DNA of 51,575 bases, filler included, from Dimargaris cristalligena (lineage: Eukaryota), in the NCBI GenBank assembly GCA_003614675.1. It is 3 parts of 3 records of this genome, joined end to end, with 100 filler letters (N's around TTAATTAATTAA, not from the genome) between each part and the next. Parts side by side here need not be neighbours in the genome. Positions count along the whole stretch, not along the records: positions 1 to 17,158 come from ML002819.1; 2 more parts are not named here. One strand, given 5' to 3'. The notes under the pieces are model-generated. The model was not told the DNA's origin. It saw nothing but the letters and a program-made list of their open reading frames with translations, and made no database searches. Within the stretch, counting starts at the first letter, position 1, and every line of letters starts with the position of its first letter. A program made the position numbers and the translations under genes. This document shows positions 1-14,721 of the stretch, in pieces.

Positions 1-83
1 TACTCGTCAGGGGCATACTTCCGATAAGTGCAAAAAATAGATAAAAAATAAAAGTAGGTAAAAAATGTGGTAAGTTCACCACA
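1..83. repeat. End of a dispersed repeat (family 3) with a terminal hairpin TGTGGT-AAGTTC-ACCACA; inverted copy at 16953-17036
   Basis: 1-83 aligns to the reverse complement of 16953-17036 with few differences, including CG->CA changes. It ends in ACA and directly abuts a truncated family-1 LTR-like copy. Confidence 0.75.
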
Positions 84-316
84 ATTGGCCCCCGCTGGGA
101 CTAGTTGGATTTCTTAGCTTATTCTTACCCCCTTGTACTGACCCATAAGTATGCCTGCTGCATGTCCCTTGCATTTACCTGTACTTTCCTTTATTAGTTA
201 GTACTGTGCCCCATACCTGATACTAGTAGCCCACTTGGCCAAGTCTAAGCCCTATCTACCATTAGAAACCTATCCACGGGACTCTTGACAGCCTAAGAGT
301 GGTTAACCCAGGAGCA
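84..316 (+). mobile_element. Partial solo LTR-like repeat, family 1 (3' half)
   Basis: Aligns by eye with 14450-14717, 16195-16467 and the reverse complement of 654-827. Shared core: 'tactagtagccc...ctaagagtggttaacc'. Confidence 0.7.
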
Positions 317-653
317 GGCTGGTTCAACACTAGTAAGTTTAGGGCATTTTAGTAATCACTAACTAAAATGGTTATGCTTAGAAAATAGCAAAAAGGGAGA
401 AAACCAGGGAGGGCATCTCATATAGAAATGAGCTGGGTGTGGGTTACTGTGTTGGCCATTAGGGCCACACTAGGGGCTAAATATCCATTAAAAGCAGGCC
501 TTGTGAAAGAATATATCATTACAAATGCCAAAAACAGCTGTCATAAACTAATATCATAGGAAATATTAGAATGATCATAGTTAGAACAGATATTCCCAGA
601 GAATACACTAGATAATGATAAGAGAAGCAATTTATAAATACAGATACTGATGG

Positions 654-1589
654 TGTTGCCTGGGTTAACCACTCTTAGTCCATCAAGAGTCCTGAGGATA
701 GGCTTCTAATAGTAGGTGGGGCTTAGGCTTAGCTAAATGGGTTACTAGTATTAAGTATAGGTCATACTACTAACTAATAAAGGCTTAGTAGTAGGTATAT
801 ACAAGGGATGTACAGTGGGTATACTTATGTCATGACTGGTTAATTCGAACTACAAGAATAACCAGCCATATAAGTAAAAAAACCCATACCAACAAATGGG
901 TAAAATTAATAATTAATATTATCAGAATATATTCCCATTATTTATTCCCCATATTACCTAGTTACTGATTTAAATTTATTAGTCATTATCATTCTTCTCC
1001 TGCCCCTCAAGTTTGGATATAACCCCAACTATTCCCCCACAGCTTGCTCTTTAGCTTGCAACTCCTCTTTTATTTTCTCTTTCTGATATTTAGTCTAATA
1101 AACCTATATTCCATCTTTCGAAGTCCTGTCCATCTTGTGGTACCTGGTCTTACTTATAGCCTATCATAACAACTTACTAGTTAATATAGTGGGGGAGTAA
1201 GCATATATAGAGTTTATTGGGAGTAAACTAAGGATAGGAATAAGTTAAGGAGACTAATTAGTCCTAATGGGGCCTGGTTATATATATGTGGGGATAACTC
1301 CAGAGGGAGGTCCTAAGGGAAGGATATTATTAAGGCTATATAATAAATAAATAGGCTGGCCAGATGGCTGCTAGTATCTGGAAGACTCTGATGGTAACTA
1401 AAGGAGTATAATATATTATAACTTAAGTGATTAGTGTAAACAGCAGAGTCTGGGTGGGGGAAAGGTTATATAATAATAGATGATCCCAGAGTACTAGGGG
1501 TAATTATAGGAAGGTTAATATGGTACCATAAGGCCTAATATGGTCAGACACTAAACTAGCTGGATTAGGGTGGATTAGAAAGTCTGACA
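654..1589 (-). mobile_element. Solo LTR-like repeat, family 1, split by a nested insertion at 828-1171
   Basis: 654-827 plus 1172-1589, read as reverse complement, reconstitute the ~585-bp unit seen at 14134-14717. TG...CA termini and an internal TATATATAA box are present. Confidence 0.7.
828..1171. mobile_element. Nested 344-bp solo LTR-like element (family 2) with a 5-bp target-site duplication
   Basis: Starts TGTCATGA and ends TCATAACA (imperfect terminal inverted repeat). Flanked by ACTTA at 823-827 and 1172-1176. Removing it restores the family-1 sequence 'atacttactag'. Confidence 0.75.
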
Positions 1590-1871
1590 CTTAATAATTA
1601 AAATGATTAAACCTGCCAAATATTTGTGCATTAATTTCATCCATAGTCCACCTTGTTCACCTAGGGGTGAACATATACTCACTGAAGGAGTTACACTACT
1701 TTGGTCATTCCCACCTCCCTTATTCACCAATTCAATATCTATACTCCGCCTCCAATATCTGCCATCTTTTTATTTCATCTCCTAGTAATCCCATATAGTA
1801 TTTTTCTAGCTGGCCGCACGTTTATGTCCTTAGCCGGTTCGACTATATAAACGAGTGCCAATTCCTATACG

Positions 1872-2015
1872 ATATGGGAGAAGTTCATCTAAGCTGTATA
1901 ACGAAAAATCCATTAGATTCGGCTAATATTACTAGTTAAAAATACATTTCCCATATATTTTCCCATAGACGTATAATGTAAACCCTTATATAGCTGGGCC
2001 AAATTTCACCCATAT
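1872..2015. mobile_element. ~144-bp palindromic MITE-like element, copy 1
   Basis: Imperfect ~30-bp terminal inverted repeats (atatgggagaagttc..gctgtataac / cttatatagc..aatttcacccatat). Same length as 40304-40447 and homologous to it. Confidence 0.65.
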
Positions 2016-4880
2016 CCTGTTTTTAAATTGATCGACTATTGATATCTCATTCCCTGGTTAGCCCAGCCCTATACTAGTATTCGTGTTTAATGTTAGCGAT
2101 AAAGCGCACGCCACAGCTTGGTTTTGAGCGGATTCTTGGCACATTCTTACTCTCTATAGAAAAGCTGACAATTACTCGAGTATCCTCTTCGATAGGTATA
2201 CTGAAGTACGTTTTGTAGAATAAATCAATAGGAATAGTAAGCGGCCATTGTATGGCTTATGTAGGATTTAGAGCGTATATTATTGTATGAAAGGGTTAAC
2301 TACAAATGATACATTAGATGGTTGAATTTGGGGTTGCCATTAAATGTTTGACAATATATAAATTGTCGTAAATCCCAACTCTACATCGGATATGTACTCG
2401 CCGACATTGGGTGTAGTGCGCGTAATTTAGGAAAACTGGAGTACTATATGGTGAAAACTTCGCCCGACCCTTGATTCATTAGTTAACATTTATTAATCAT
2501 ACACTGTCGTGAAAGACACAATCCTTGAAATACTTAGTCCCCGTTTTCCACGTTATATGCAATCCTTCAAGAATTTTTGTCCAAGACCAACGCCAAGTGC
2601 ACCTTTATCTCAGTGGTCGCAATAGCGCACAAAAACTCTTCGATAATGAGGGGCTGGCTTGCAATATTAGCTGCTGTCGGTGTTGCTCGGGCTTATTTGA
2701 CCCATCAGGGCCCAGTCCTATCCTACACACCATCCTGTATAAGGCCTTATTATACCGGATCACTTTGTCCATGGCAGCGCTTAACACTGTAATGTTCTGT
2801 TCCTTAGCCTACTTGGCACCCGGTAGACTCTACTGCTATACAACCCTGTTAATCCAAAGTGTCACTAAGTTCCTATCATCAACTTCTGGATAGCAGCGGA
2901 AGCCGGCGAATGCCGCTTTTTACTGTTTCTAAGGTGCTTCTCTAGTTTTATCCCTACATATAAATACGCCGCCTGGTTACACAGTCTGTTTATTCTATAG
3001 TTTATGTTCACCTGGTTTACTCCAGCAATCCCCCCTATACGCTCACCCCCCGGTTAGTATCTGTGCTCTAGGTAACCCATACATTGCTGCGCCCTACTGG
3101 GAAAGTACCAGTTCAAATGGCTTCTGGTGCTATATTCCTAGGGAATATCTACCATAGTGAACCCCCTGTTGGGTATTAGAGTGTTGAACTACCACGACAC
3201 TATAGTCCTACACTGTCACGGGCCGCCGGTTAATCATACATTTGGGCTTAAAGGGTTTGGCCTCCCGAGAAGTGGAATGAGCAGTTGCGAAACACTCATA
3301 AAATATAGTTTGATCGAAAATTACTAATCTGAGGAGTAATGTCGTATGTTGAACTCCGCTATTACCAAAGAGTATCTCATTTGGGTGTTCACTTCTGACA
3401 GAATTACCTTCTAACATAACCCATTTGGTAATACGGTCCAGCACACCTACCTAATTAAATCTAAATTGGCGCAAATCGCTCCAATTACCAATAACCCCGC
3501 TTGTTTATAAGCCGGTTACTTACGGTCAGTAAGTGATTACTAAAAACTCATTTCCCATATATGATCACCCTTTAATGTAGAATGAGTTTACTTAATACTC
3601 CACGGCTGTTCCACTAGACTATTTCTTCCAAAGCCCATAGCATCACCGATAGCGGGAATTCTTCTAAGCGGTGTAATAGGCGGATGTTTTGGTAATGTAC
3701 TTGTACTTCAATGCCAGTCGATGGCTATTCTATTCAGTTCAGTAATTCCATTGTAGGTTACACATTTCGACGGAAACAATGATAAAGCCTAAATGGAACC
3801 TGGCTCCGGTAAATTAACCAAGGGTTCCTGGTATATGACAATTCATTGGCGGAAATTATCAGTCGGGATGTCTCCACTATGGTAAAGTATTAAGATGCCC
3901 GATATTAAAGTTCAACATAACTCCATTTGGGTTTCCTATCCCATCGGTACAGTGCCGCTCTTGTACCCCATTTGTTAAACAGTGTGACGCCAATGTATCA
4001 CTACACACACAAACATAAACACATCCGTAGTCAAGTCAGGTTTATTCGCTAAAAGGCCGGGGAAAAGGATGACGCGGCCGGTCAGTTGGGTGTGCGAATA
4101 TTACCAATAATAACCACCGACGTTAGGTAGACCAAAGTGAGGTTGAGCCATCGGCTACTTGGATCTCAGGGGCAAAATACACTAAGGAAATGGGCAGCGT
4201 GGATCATTGTCCAGGAATATGCGATAGCAGCGCTATTCGCCGGACAAATGAATTGGTCAGGTTGGGGCTGTGTAATAATCCCAACACAATAAACGTGGTA
4301 CCTGTTCATAAAATGCGAATACGGCCGAAACGCAGAGGAAATGAACTGAAAAGGTAGGGATGAAAGCAAATAAAGCTTTCTAAAAATAGGCATCGAAATC
4401 TTGCCAAACCCTACGATGAAGATATAGAAGAAATAGAAAAACGGGCTGGTTGTATGGAGAAAAATACCAAACCCAGTTGGTTAGCAAAAAAGGTAAATAT
4501 ATATATAAAAGAGCTAATACAAACTATTCAGACGTTTAAAATGATAAATGAAAATATCCGTTAAATCGGATAAAAGTACACAATAGGAATACAATAGCTT
4601 AAATAATAATTCGAATAGGTATATACCGTGAATACCAAAAAAAGGGTTACGAGTGAGATGGGTCGCCCGAACCATTCAAAACAAGCAATATAGGTTGGAT
4701 ATCTTCATTTATACCCTGTCCTTACGAGCCACTGAGGATAGGAATTGAAGACCAGCTGTTTCTAACAAGCAAGTACAAGAGGTTACAGTGCCGAAGTATA
4801 GAATAAAAGATAGCGCCTTGCGCAATCGACACCATTTAGAAATGGTGGCAAATCGATACTGCTGATAATAGGCACTGGGC

Positions 4881-6757
4881 CTACCATAACCAGACATTCT
4901 TGCCGGCCTCGCCGGGCGCGCTTGAGTTCGGTGGGGGAGGCTCGTTAGGTATGTTTTCGACGGGGAATTGGGCGATGGAAGCACTCAGCATGACCAGATC
5001 ATCGGAGCTGTCGTAGTCATCGGTGGCGAGGCAACGGTTGGGGATAGAGGAGGGTGAGAATGTAGAGGTATCGGTGGGAATAGCCGCACGATCCACGAGA
5101 GGGGCGGCATCGGTAGACGGGGTGGGCATAGCCGTGGACTCAGCAGCGGGGAAAGAGGGGGCGGTCGTATGACTGGTTTCCGGGATTGCATTATCAGGTC
5201 GAGTCACCGGCTGAAGGGGCTCCACAGTGGAATTTGACTGATGGGCCTTCAGTTGAGCCTCCGACTCATCCAACTGCAAAAGAAGCGCCTGGAGCTTTTC
5301 GCGCTGGTCCTTGATTCGACGGGTTTGGGTCTCCATATCCTGGGGATTAGACAGGCCATTCTGGATCAGGGCAGAGTGAAGGGAGGTGACAAGGGACATT
5401 GGGGTAGCCGAAAGGCGGGTTAACCCTTCCCCGATGTAGCCCGAGGCCCAGGCCGCTAGGCCTTCAAAATTCACGGTGGGCGGGGGTACGCCACTCGAAT
5501 TGGCATTAGCATCAGCCTGGGTGCGGCGCTGACGAAGTTGAGAAACATGAGACACTGATGGGCTCTGGTCAGCGTCATCACTCAACTCCTCGATGCGATC
5601 AGAGGATTGGATTGCACCAGTGGCCGAGTTAGTGGACCGGGTGGGGTCGGGCTGGTTAACGAGGTAAGATTGACCCTGCAAGGAAGCATATGACAACAAC
5701 ATTGGTACAGGTATAGCCGAAAATTGAGTAAGATACATGAGTATTTTAGAGGGGGAATCAAGCGACAGGCGGATTAATTGTATAATTAAATGCCCTTCCC
5801 TAGGGTGTCCATCATGTTAGGACAACTTACCAGGGCTATACCGTTGAGGGCCACTCGCTGGAGGGTCTCCGCACCACGCTGACCCCAGACCGCGGACTTG
5901 GATTTGGCCTTGGTTTCGGCCCGGTGTAGATATTGGTCAATCTCGGCCTCGTGCTGTACCAGCCAAGGCCGGATGACGGTGTTATAGATATACGTCGAAC
6001 CCTGTGACATGTAGCATAATGCGCGGGTTACGTGGGGTAGTAGTGATACGACATGGTTATCAATTAGTGTCAATACAAAAACAAAGGGTCCAATGACGAC
6101 AACACAAGCGTGCAAGTAGTAGACACTGCCTTAAGAGGTGGACAAACCAGTCATGAGACACCCCAGGCAAATGACAGGCGAGGTATTGGGGGAAGGAGAC
6201 AATCCACCCATTGAAATTCGGCAGGGGTAAGTTGAGCACCCCCATAAGAAGAAAGTCGGCGGTCACACTACTTAACTTACCTGAGTCTGGGGTAACATAA
6301 GCCAAACCACAAAAGCCATTTTAAAGATATTGTAGAAAGGCAACCAAAAAATAAAAGTGTCGGTCACAAATTCCACGCCGGTAAACACACCAATGACAAT
6401 CCAGTAAGTCAGCCAATGGGTCAGGAGGGCTTCGTTATGGGACACTTTGAGAGCCTTGTACGATGCATAGGCGGGGTAAATATGGCCCAGGGTATGGCTA
6501 GAACGAGCAGATATATATACATATATTGAGGTTTTAGGGAGAGGGTATCGAGTAACGGTGGGGGTTAGTGGGTCGTAACAGGAAGAGGCGGGACAGTATA
6601 TAGTCAAAAGACCCTCCGCCAAGGAACCGGGGGGTACCGTATCACCACCAGATACGAAGGCAGGCTGGGTGGGAATGGACGAATGGAGAAGTGTCTGGAC
6701 AGGACAGTAATAGAAGACTACTCACCAGACAATGCGGCCAATAAAATAGAACACCAT
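4881..6757 (-). CDS. REEP/Yop1/HVA22 (TB2/DP1) family ER-shaping protein, REEP1-4-like N-terminus; exons 6757-6726, 6497-6281, 6001-5831, 5675-4881
   Basis: The spliced product reads MVFYFIGRIVCHTLGHIYPAYASYKALK...WLTYWIV...WLPFYNIFKMAFVVWLMLPQTQGSTYIYNTVIRPWLVQHEAEID, a typical TB2/DP1/HVA22 domain. GT-AG junctions keep the frame. Long S/P/T-rich C-terminus with a coiled-coil-like segment. Confidence 0.88.
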
Positions 6758-7196
6758 GGCGAAACGCAGGGTGCCGGGAAAGGCGGAAGACGGGGGGTTC
6801 GAACACGGGTGAGGCAAGGCGGGGTGAGGCAAGTCGAAACGAGGCGAAATAGGCGGGCGGGTGAGAGAATAATGCCAAAAGACAGTAGACAGGTTGAGGA
6901 ATGCGAGACAAAGGACGGGTAAGAAGAAGTTTAGAGTAGAGCAGTGTAAAGTAAAGTATGAGTAGAGTAGAAAGTTGGCAAAGGCAAAGGTAAAGGTAAA
7001 GCCAAGATAAAGCAGCAGCGGGCCGGGGGTTTGAAATAGTAGGCCAAGCAATTAAAGGTGCTTGGCATCCATTGGCTCTCCTTTTCCTCAGCTCGGCTAT
7101 TAGGAAGAGAGGGAGAGGGGTGGTGGCGCATAGAAGGACCGAGGGAAATCAGCGACCCCAGTAAGTCGGCTACAATAGATTCACCTAGTACTATGG

Positions 7197-7248
7197 ATAT
7201 TATTACTATTACTATTACTATTATTACTATTACTATTATTACTATTAT
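7197..7248. repeat. (TAT/TAC)n trinucleotide microsatellite
   Basis: Run of 'tattactattactattactattattactat...' seen directly in the sequence. Confidence 0.9.
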
Positions 7249-8110
7249 TCGGCCAGAGCAGCCTGCATACATGCATATAACGAAGGTGGCCCTTCCCTCT
7301 TATTCGCTTAGGCAGGGGTCCTCCACTAACCCGAAGGTCCTTCCCCGCGTGACCCTTCCATTAGTACACAGCGAAACATCTCCTCTATGATTCCCACCTA
7401 GCCTACCTTCCCATTTACATATTATATATGTATCCATAACATACTTCCACCAACATATACTACAGATAGACAGGAGACGGACAAACCCATATGGAGGACA
7501 AGACCTCTCCCCTCCTTACAGCTGTACTGTACGGTCCTTTTAAAGTCGTTGTCCCCGAGCAAACATCGGCTCTTTATTTCACTCGCGACTGCACAGTCAC
7601 ATTGCCTGGCAGTTTTAACTCGGCTGATACTTGCTGCTGCGTATAACTTGGTGGGATACCCTGTAATAATATATACCCAGCCTGTCCCCGACCATGGCGG
7701 AAAGGAATCGTCCCTTGTGGTCAACTGACCCTCCTTCTAATAATCCGTTCAGCAATGCACTTCTGGCCTGATATGCGTCAATAAAGGCAGGAGATATATA
7801 GCCCGAAATGTCCTTGACAGCCCCACAGCATACTGGAGTGAGACTGTCTCTCTATAGGTCGCATAAACTTACCTACCACCATGGGTACACTGCTACTGAC
7901 TTGCTCGTTCATTGGCAAACTCAGGCCGAGCTATGTGGTTCAGGTTTATGGGTGAACCTTGTTCCCGTAAGACGAATGCGAAAACAACAGGGAATTCAGT
8001 CGAATTCCCCTTTTCCTCTGTTCGAGGCCTCTCCTAACAACTTCCTTTTTACAATTCCACGTGTCTTCAGTCTATTGCTTTACGCTAGAACCCGCCACTG
8101 CCATCGTCCT

Positions 8111-9649
8111 ATGGCCACTAACTCACTCCACGATCAGCTGCTTACGTCGTTTCGCAAGCTCATTGTACCCGCCTGGTTTGCTTCGCTGGTTCATCAGACC
8201 GACCCGGTGCAGAATGCCGAGGATCCCGTTACATTCCGCCAGAGAACCGGAGCGGCTCTGGCTGACATTCACACTCAGCTCAACCAATTATTAAAGCAGG
8301 AACCAGAGGAGAAAGGTCTCGACGCGGAAACCAAACCAAGGCTACCGGGAACGACAACGCCAGAAACTTCGTCCACGGAGCCCAGCTTCATTGCGGTAGG
8401 GGTGGCTGTATGCGCTCAGTTCCATACCACAGCTACCATTGACCGGCCCTGGACCAACCGTGAACTAGAGTCCATTGCTCGCCGTATCCTTCGGCAGCTT
8501 GCCAGTCTATCCCAACGCTACCAGCCCACCGCCCCTGTGCCGTGTTTATCCAGTATAGTTCCGGAAGATAATCATGGTCGCCCTAATGAAAATAGTACTC
8601 ACCCCCCTACTGCTACTGACGAGGTTAATGGCGGTAATGACCATGATGCTGAGACACCGCCGGTCGATACCCAGTTAGTCCATTCGTATTTCATGGCCAT
8701 CGTGAATGACTGGATCCGCCCTGCTTTTAGTCATGCCACCCCCCGCTGGGCCACGGTCCGCCCCAACGCTGGTGTCCCCCACCGCCGGGACCAGGAAAAC
8801 CAGCGCGTTTTATTTCATAGCGACCAGCCCTGGAAGAAGGAGTATCCGGCCACCGTCGCTATCCTGGATTGGTGCATCCAGTACGCCCCTACAACCATCT
8901 GGCGCGCGGATAACGCTTCCCCTCGCCATTTATTGGCCGTTATGCCCCCAGTCCTGACCCTCCTCGACGATTATGACACGGCCTGTAAACTACAGGGGGT
9001 CTACCTAGTCCAGCGTTTATTAGTATCGTCCGCCGCCACGGTTAAACACCTTAAAACTACGGGGCTGGCCTTGGCTATTAACGATGCCATCATGCAGGCC
9101 ATCCTTTACCGCCCCCAAGAACCGCTGGCCCTGAATCTACTACAAGCGAATTGGACCACGCTGCTCCAACTGACGGATGTCCTACATATACCCCGCTCCG
9201 AACCGTGGTTCGACTGCCTCCAGAATCTCGTCGAACATGGTCTGCTCCCCAATTTTTTGTACCATGGTCAGCACATCCAAGTGCGACCCGTACTCCTGGA
9301 CCAGATTGGCGGTCTGACGGAACGGATGGGCCTCTCCGTTACCCTATTTCTTAAACCTATGCTCCACGAGTGCTGTCAGAGTCTCGGGGAACCTATCCTG
9401 GGGGGGCCCACACTTCTAAAAATTCATATCGCTGCTTCCCGCGCCCTTGTCAGCCTGGCTCGGGCCTGTCGGCCACGCCTGGATAACTACGGTCCCGACA
9501 TCTACCAGAGTGTGCGGGCCTCGTGGGAGGAAACCCTATTGCCAGAGAATCAAGAACTGACAGAACTTCCGGAGTTGATCGCGTTGCTGCGGGAGTTTAC
9601 CGAAATAGTGGCGGACCCTTCGGATAGTCAAACGCCAGAACCAGCGTAA
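8111..9649 (+). CDS. TTI2: Tti2 family (Tel2-Tti1-Tti2 co-chaperone subunit); single exon, probable start ATG 8111
   Basis: Motifs QPWKKEYP..ILDWCI and PPVLTLLDDYDTACKLQGVYLVQRLL..LKTTGL resemble Tti2. The N-terminal part of the ORF from 7808 looks like promoter or UTR sequence. Confidence 0.78.
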   Translation: MATNSLHDQLLTSFRKLIVPAWFASLVHQTDPVQNAEDPVTFRQRTGAALADIHTQLNQLLKQEPEEKGLDAETKPRLPGTTTPETSSTEPSFIAVGVAVCAQFHTTATIDRPWTNRELESIARRILRQLASLSQRYQPTAPVPCLSSIVPEDNHGRPNENSTHPPTATDEVNGGNDHDAETPPVDTQLVHSYFMAIVNDWIRPAFSHATPRWATVRPNAGVPHRRDQENQRVLFHSDQPWKKEYPATVAILDWCIQYAPTTIWRADNASPRHLLAVMPPVLTLLDDYDTACKLQGVYLVQRLLVSSAATVKHLKTTGLALAINDAIMQAILYRPQEPLALNLLQANWTTLLQLTDVLHIPRSEPWFDCLQNLVEHGLLPNFLYHGQHIQVRPVLLDQIGGLTERMGLSVTLFLKPMLHECCQSLGEPILGGPTLLKIHIAASRALVSLARACRPRLDNYGPDIYQSVRASWEETLLPENQELTELPELIALLREFTEIVADPSDSQTPEPA

Positions 9650-10118
9650 ACCTAAAAGCATCCCGAGCCGCGGTCCCTATTTCCTCGATTAGCGGCGACA
9701 TACATCGACATCAACCTCGACCTCCAATACCTAATGTATTACTACAACTGCCATTGTTATTTTCAAGCTGAGTGGGGAAAAGATACGCGGCTTTATGGGC
9801 GCATACAGTTTAATTGAGTAAAAAAATATATTGATGTGTGTATGTATATATAATTGTATAGCTGGATAACTATAAATATATGCTGTGGCTGATTATTTTT
9901 TATGGAAAAGGAAGGGTGGAAAAAGCAAGCACTATTGGAATATCTTCTGGGATAGTGGCGTGAACCTTTTTTTAAGTGGCATGGATAATAGAGGGTACTG
10001 TATGAAACAACTCATTTCGGACGCCTGAGATATTCGGGCAGATATGCCGGCCAGGGTGGATGATGGTGATATAAAGGGGGGGGGGCAGCTGCTTGTCCTC
10101 CTCCTAGTCTAATCCTCT

Positions 10119-11995
<1,877 letters not shown>

Positions 11996-14133
11996 GATGG
12001 CAATAGTGGTGGTAAAGATTTGTGAGTGGGATTTGGTTTACACCAAAGAAGAGGCTAGGCAATGAATGGCAAACAAAAGCGGGGAACTGGGGTGACTCTA
12101 GGGCAAGGAGGGGGGAGATCAGGGCAAAAAGTCAAGGACAAAAGCGAAGCGAGTAAGATATATGGGGAAGAGGTAGGTGTGGTGGAGTAGAGAATAAGAA
12201 GAGCTGAGAGGGGGGGTATGAGGCAAGGTTTTTGTACTCGGGCGGGTACACACACCCATTTACTATTACTCTCCTTATTACTGCTAGTATGGGCCAATCA
12301 ATTGGGAAAACTCAGAAATGGTGTGACTGGGGAGGCGTATGTATTCTCCAGCCAGCCTGCCCATTTATGCCTATGGTGCGCGTGTATTTCTTCGTTGGGT
12401 GCCGCCTACCTATTAATCCGGTTGTGGTGGTTGGTGGTGGCGAGTGACTGTTAAGCCAGCAAAAGTTGGCGCGGCTGGGGAGAGACGCCTTCTCTGCTAT
12501 ACTAGTTGTTAGTTCGTGTCAATCAGAACCCATTTAAGAAGGCACAAGTAGTGTGATAGCTGGACGGGGACAATCAGGGTACCTCTTTTTCCATAGACCT
12601 CCTCCTCCTCTCCTCTCCCTTCACTCCCACTCGCTCTTTATATTTCAGTAGTAGTCGTCGTAGTAGTAGTAGTCAAGGGCTATTAAGGAATGAGAGAGAA
12701 GTTAACAAGCCCCTCGGAGTAACCACTACTCTTGAGTGAGACTGCCTGCCAATCTATAGTTAGAATCATCCGATAATCCACTCCGCAAACAGCTGGATGG
12801 CCTGCTGCTCAACATGGGTGCGGGTGAAATTCCTTTTTCATTTAAAGTCTTATACAACGGGGCAGACGGGAGAACAGGCACCAGATTGATTTATAACCAA
12901 TAGCAACTGGTCTTCTTTCTTATTTTTTGCTTATGCAGCGTGAATGAACCTCTCACATATATATTGCCTGGATACCAAAATAAAGGGGAATGGCTCACTG
13001 GGGACGACACCCCCGAAAACCAATGCCGAACAGTAAGTCCTGTAAAAAGCCCGGACGGGCTCTAGTCTAGTAGTGGTGGACAATCCGATGGTTTTATTAC
13101 ATCCCATGGAGCCTGATCCTCCTTCGTTCCCACATTATACCCGCTGGACCAACCGGTAGGGGTTCTTATTACACGAGTCTTCCGCCAACTCAGTTGGGGA
13201 GGGGAGATATTCGCCATTGAGGTTGTCGGGATATCTGGAGCTCCCATGATTGGTCGCTAAGTCGCGATGAGACAATTCGTCGGTGGGGGACATGAGGGCG
13301 CCATTGATTACATTATACAACCAGGCTGCACTGTAATCTCTGTGTCTCCTGAAAATTTTCCGGGTTTTTGATTGCACCCGGTTGCTATGGTTATATTCTC
13401 TAACCAATGATACCCGAGGGTGTCTTCAAATACGCCTGCTATTGATAGCGCTGTCAGTTTGCGCCAAACATTCTCTGTAGCAATGCCATTAATAGGAGCG
13501 GCTCCGTCAGGCTGTAGCCACCACTACCTCCCCCAGGTATCTTCCGATTCCAAGACTACGGCCTTTGTCTAGGCCAGTCGGACATTACATACTGGGGCCG
13601 GGGAAAGAATGGGGCGACTCGGCAGATGTGATTAACGAACTATTATGGTCAACTGGTGTGTGACTCGAAAACACAAGCGCCAGTTCGCTCCCAGCAACCA
13701 ATTCATCAACAGTTCGACCAGCAAACCAAAGGGCCCGCAATAACGGCATAATAGTATGGATGAGCACATTCACCCACTCTTCCCACTCAATAAATCACCA
13801 GGACCAATGGGCCCGCCTTTTGGGATAGCAATCAACTGAAATAATGAATACTGACCCCCAATGGGGCTGTGCTTATTTGATTCCCTTTATGGATTACCCA
13901 AAGTCAAGGGTCAAAAGATGTTCTAAGAAAAGTCACAGTTAAAGGATATACACACATTTCAAATGGGGATAGTGAGATATTCTTCCGGTGTTTAGCCATT
14001 AATAGTACAGACTAAAACAAATCATTTAATCCACAGTTGTCCTTCAACAGACCTAATTATTATATATGGTACAAGTAACTATTATTCAAATACACTATAT
14101 ATCCTGCTCTGTTTTTCTTAAACTATACACTGA

Positions 14134-14717
14134 TATTGGACTATCCAATCTACTTTAACCCCATAGGCCTAGATACCCAACCATATTAGGCCATATTGTG
14201 CTATATTAAGCATTCCCATAGTATATCCAGTACTATGGGATTATCCTTATTATATAACACCTCCCCTTCTAGACCCCACCTCTTCACATTAATTACTCAA
14301 GTGCTGATCTGAAGAGTCTTCCAGTTACCATCAAAGTCTTCTGGATACTTACAACTATCTAGATAGCACATTGATCTATACCTTAGTTTAGTAGTATCTT
14401 CCTCCCTGGGATCTCCCTCTGGAGTTGTCCCTACATATATATAACCAGGCCACTTTGGGACCAGTTAGATTCCTTAGCTTATTTCTTACATCCTAGTTTA
14501 TCCCCATAAACTCTATATATGCTTACCCAATTATACTAACTAGTAAGTATGCCCTTTATACATCCCTTATATATCCCTACCTCTTAGCCTTTATTAGTTA
14601 GCACTATACCCCTTACCTAATACTAGTAGCCTACTTAGCTGAGCCTAAGCCCTACCTACTGTTAGAAGCCTATCCTCAGGACCCTTAATAGACTAAGAGT
14701 GGTAAACCTGGGTAACA
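14134..14717 (+). mobile_element. Solo LTR-like repeat, family 1, with a probable 4-bp TSD (CTGA)
   Basis: Ends GGTAACA and starts TATTGG (inferred TG->TA mutation). CTGA at 14130-14133 and 14718-14721. Internal TATATATAA. Homologous to the other three copies. Confidence 0.7.
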
Positions 14718-14721
14718 CTGA

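Noticed and set aside
6931-7390. ORFs with IVIIVI / ITITI runs
   Set aside because: Translations of the (TAT/TAC)n microsatellite.
13062-13773. Cluster of short minus-strand ORFs
   Set aside because: Multiple stops, and no recognisable motif or splice structure; cannot support a gene call.
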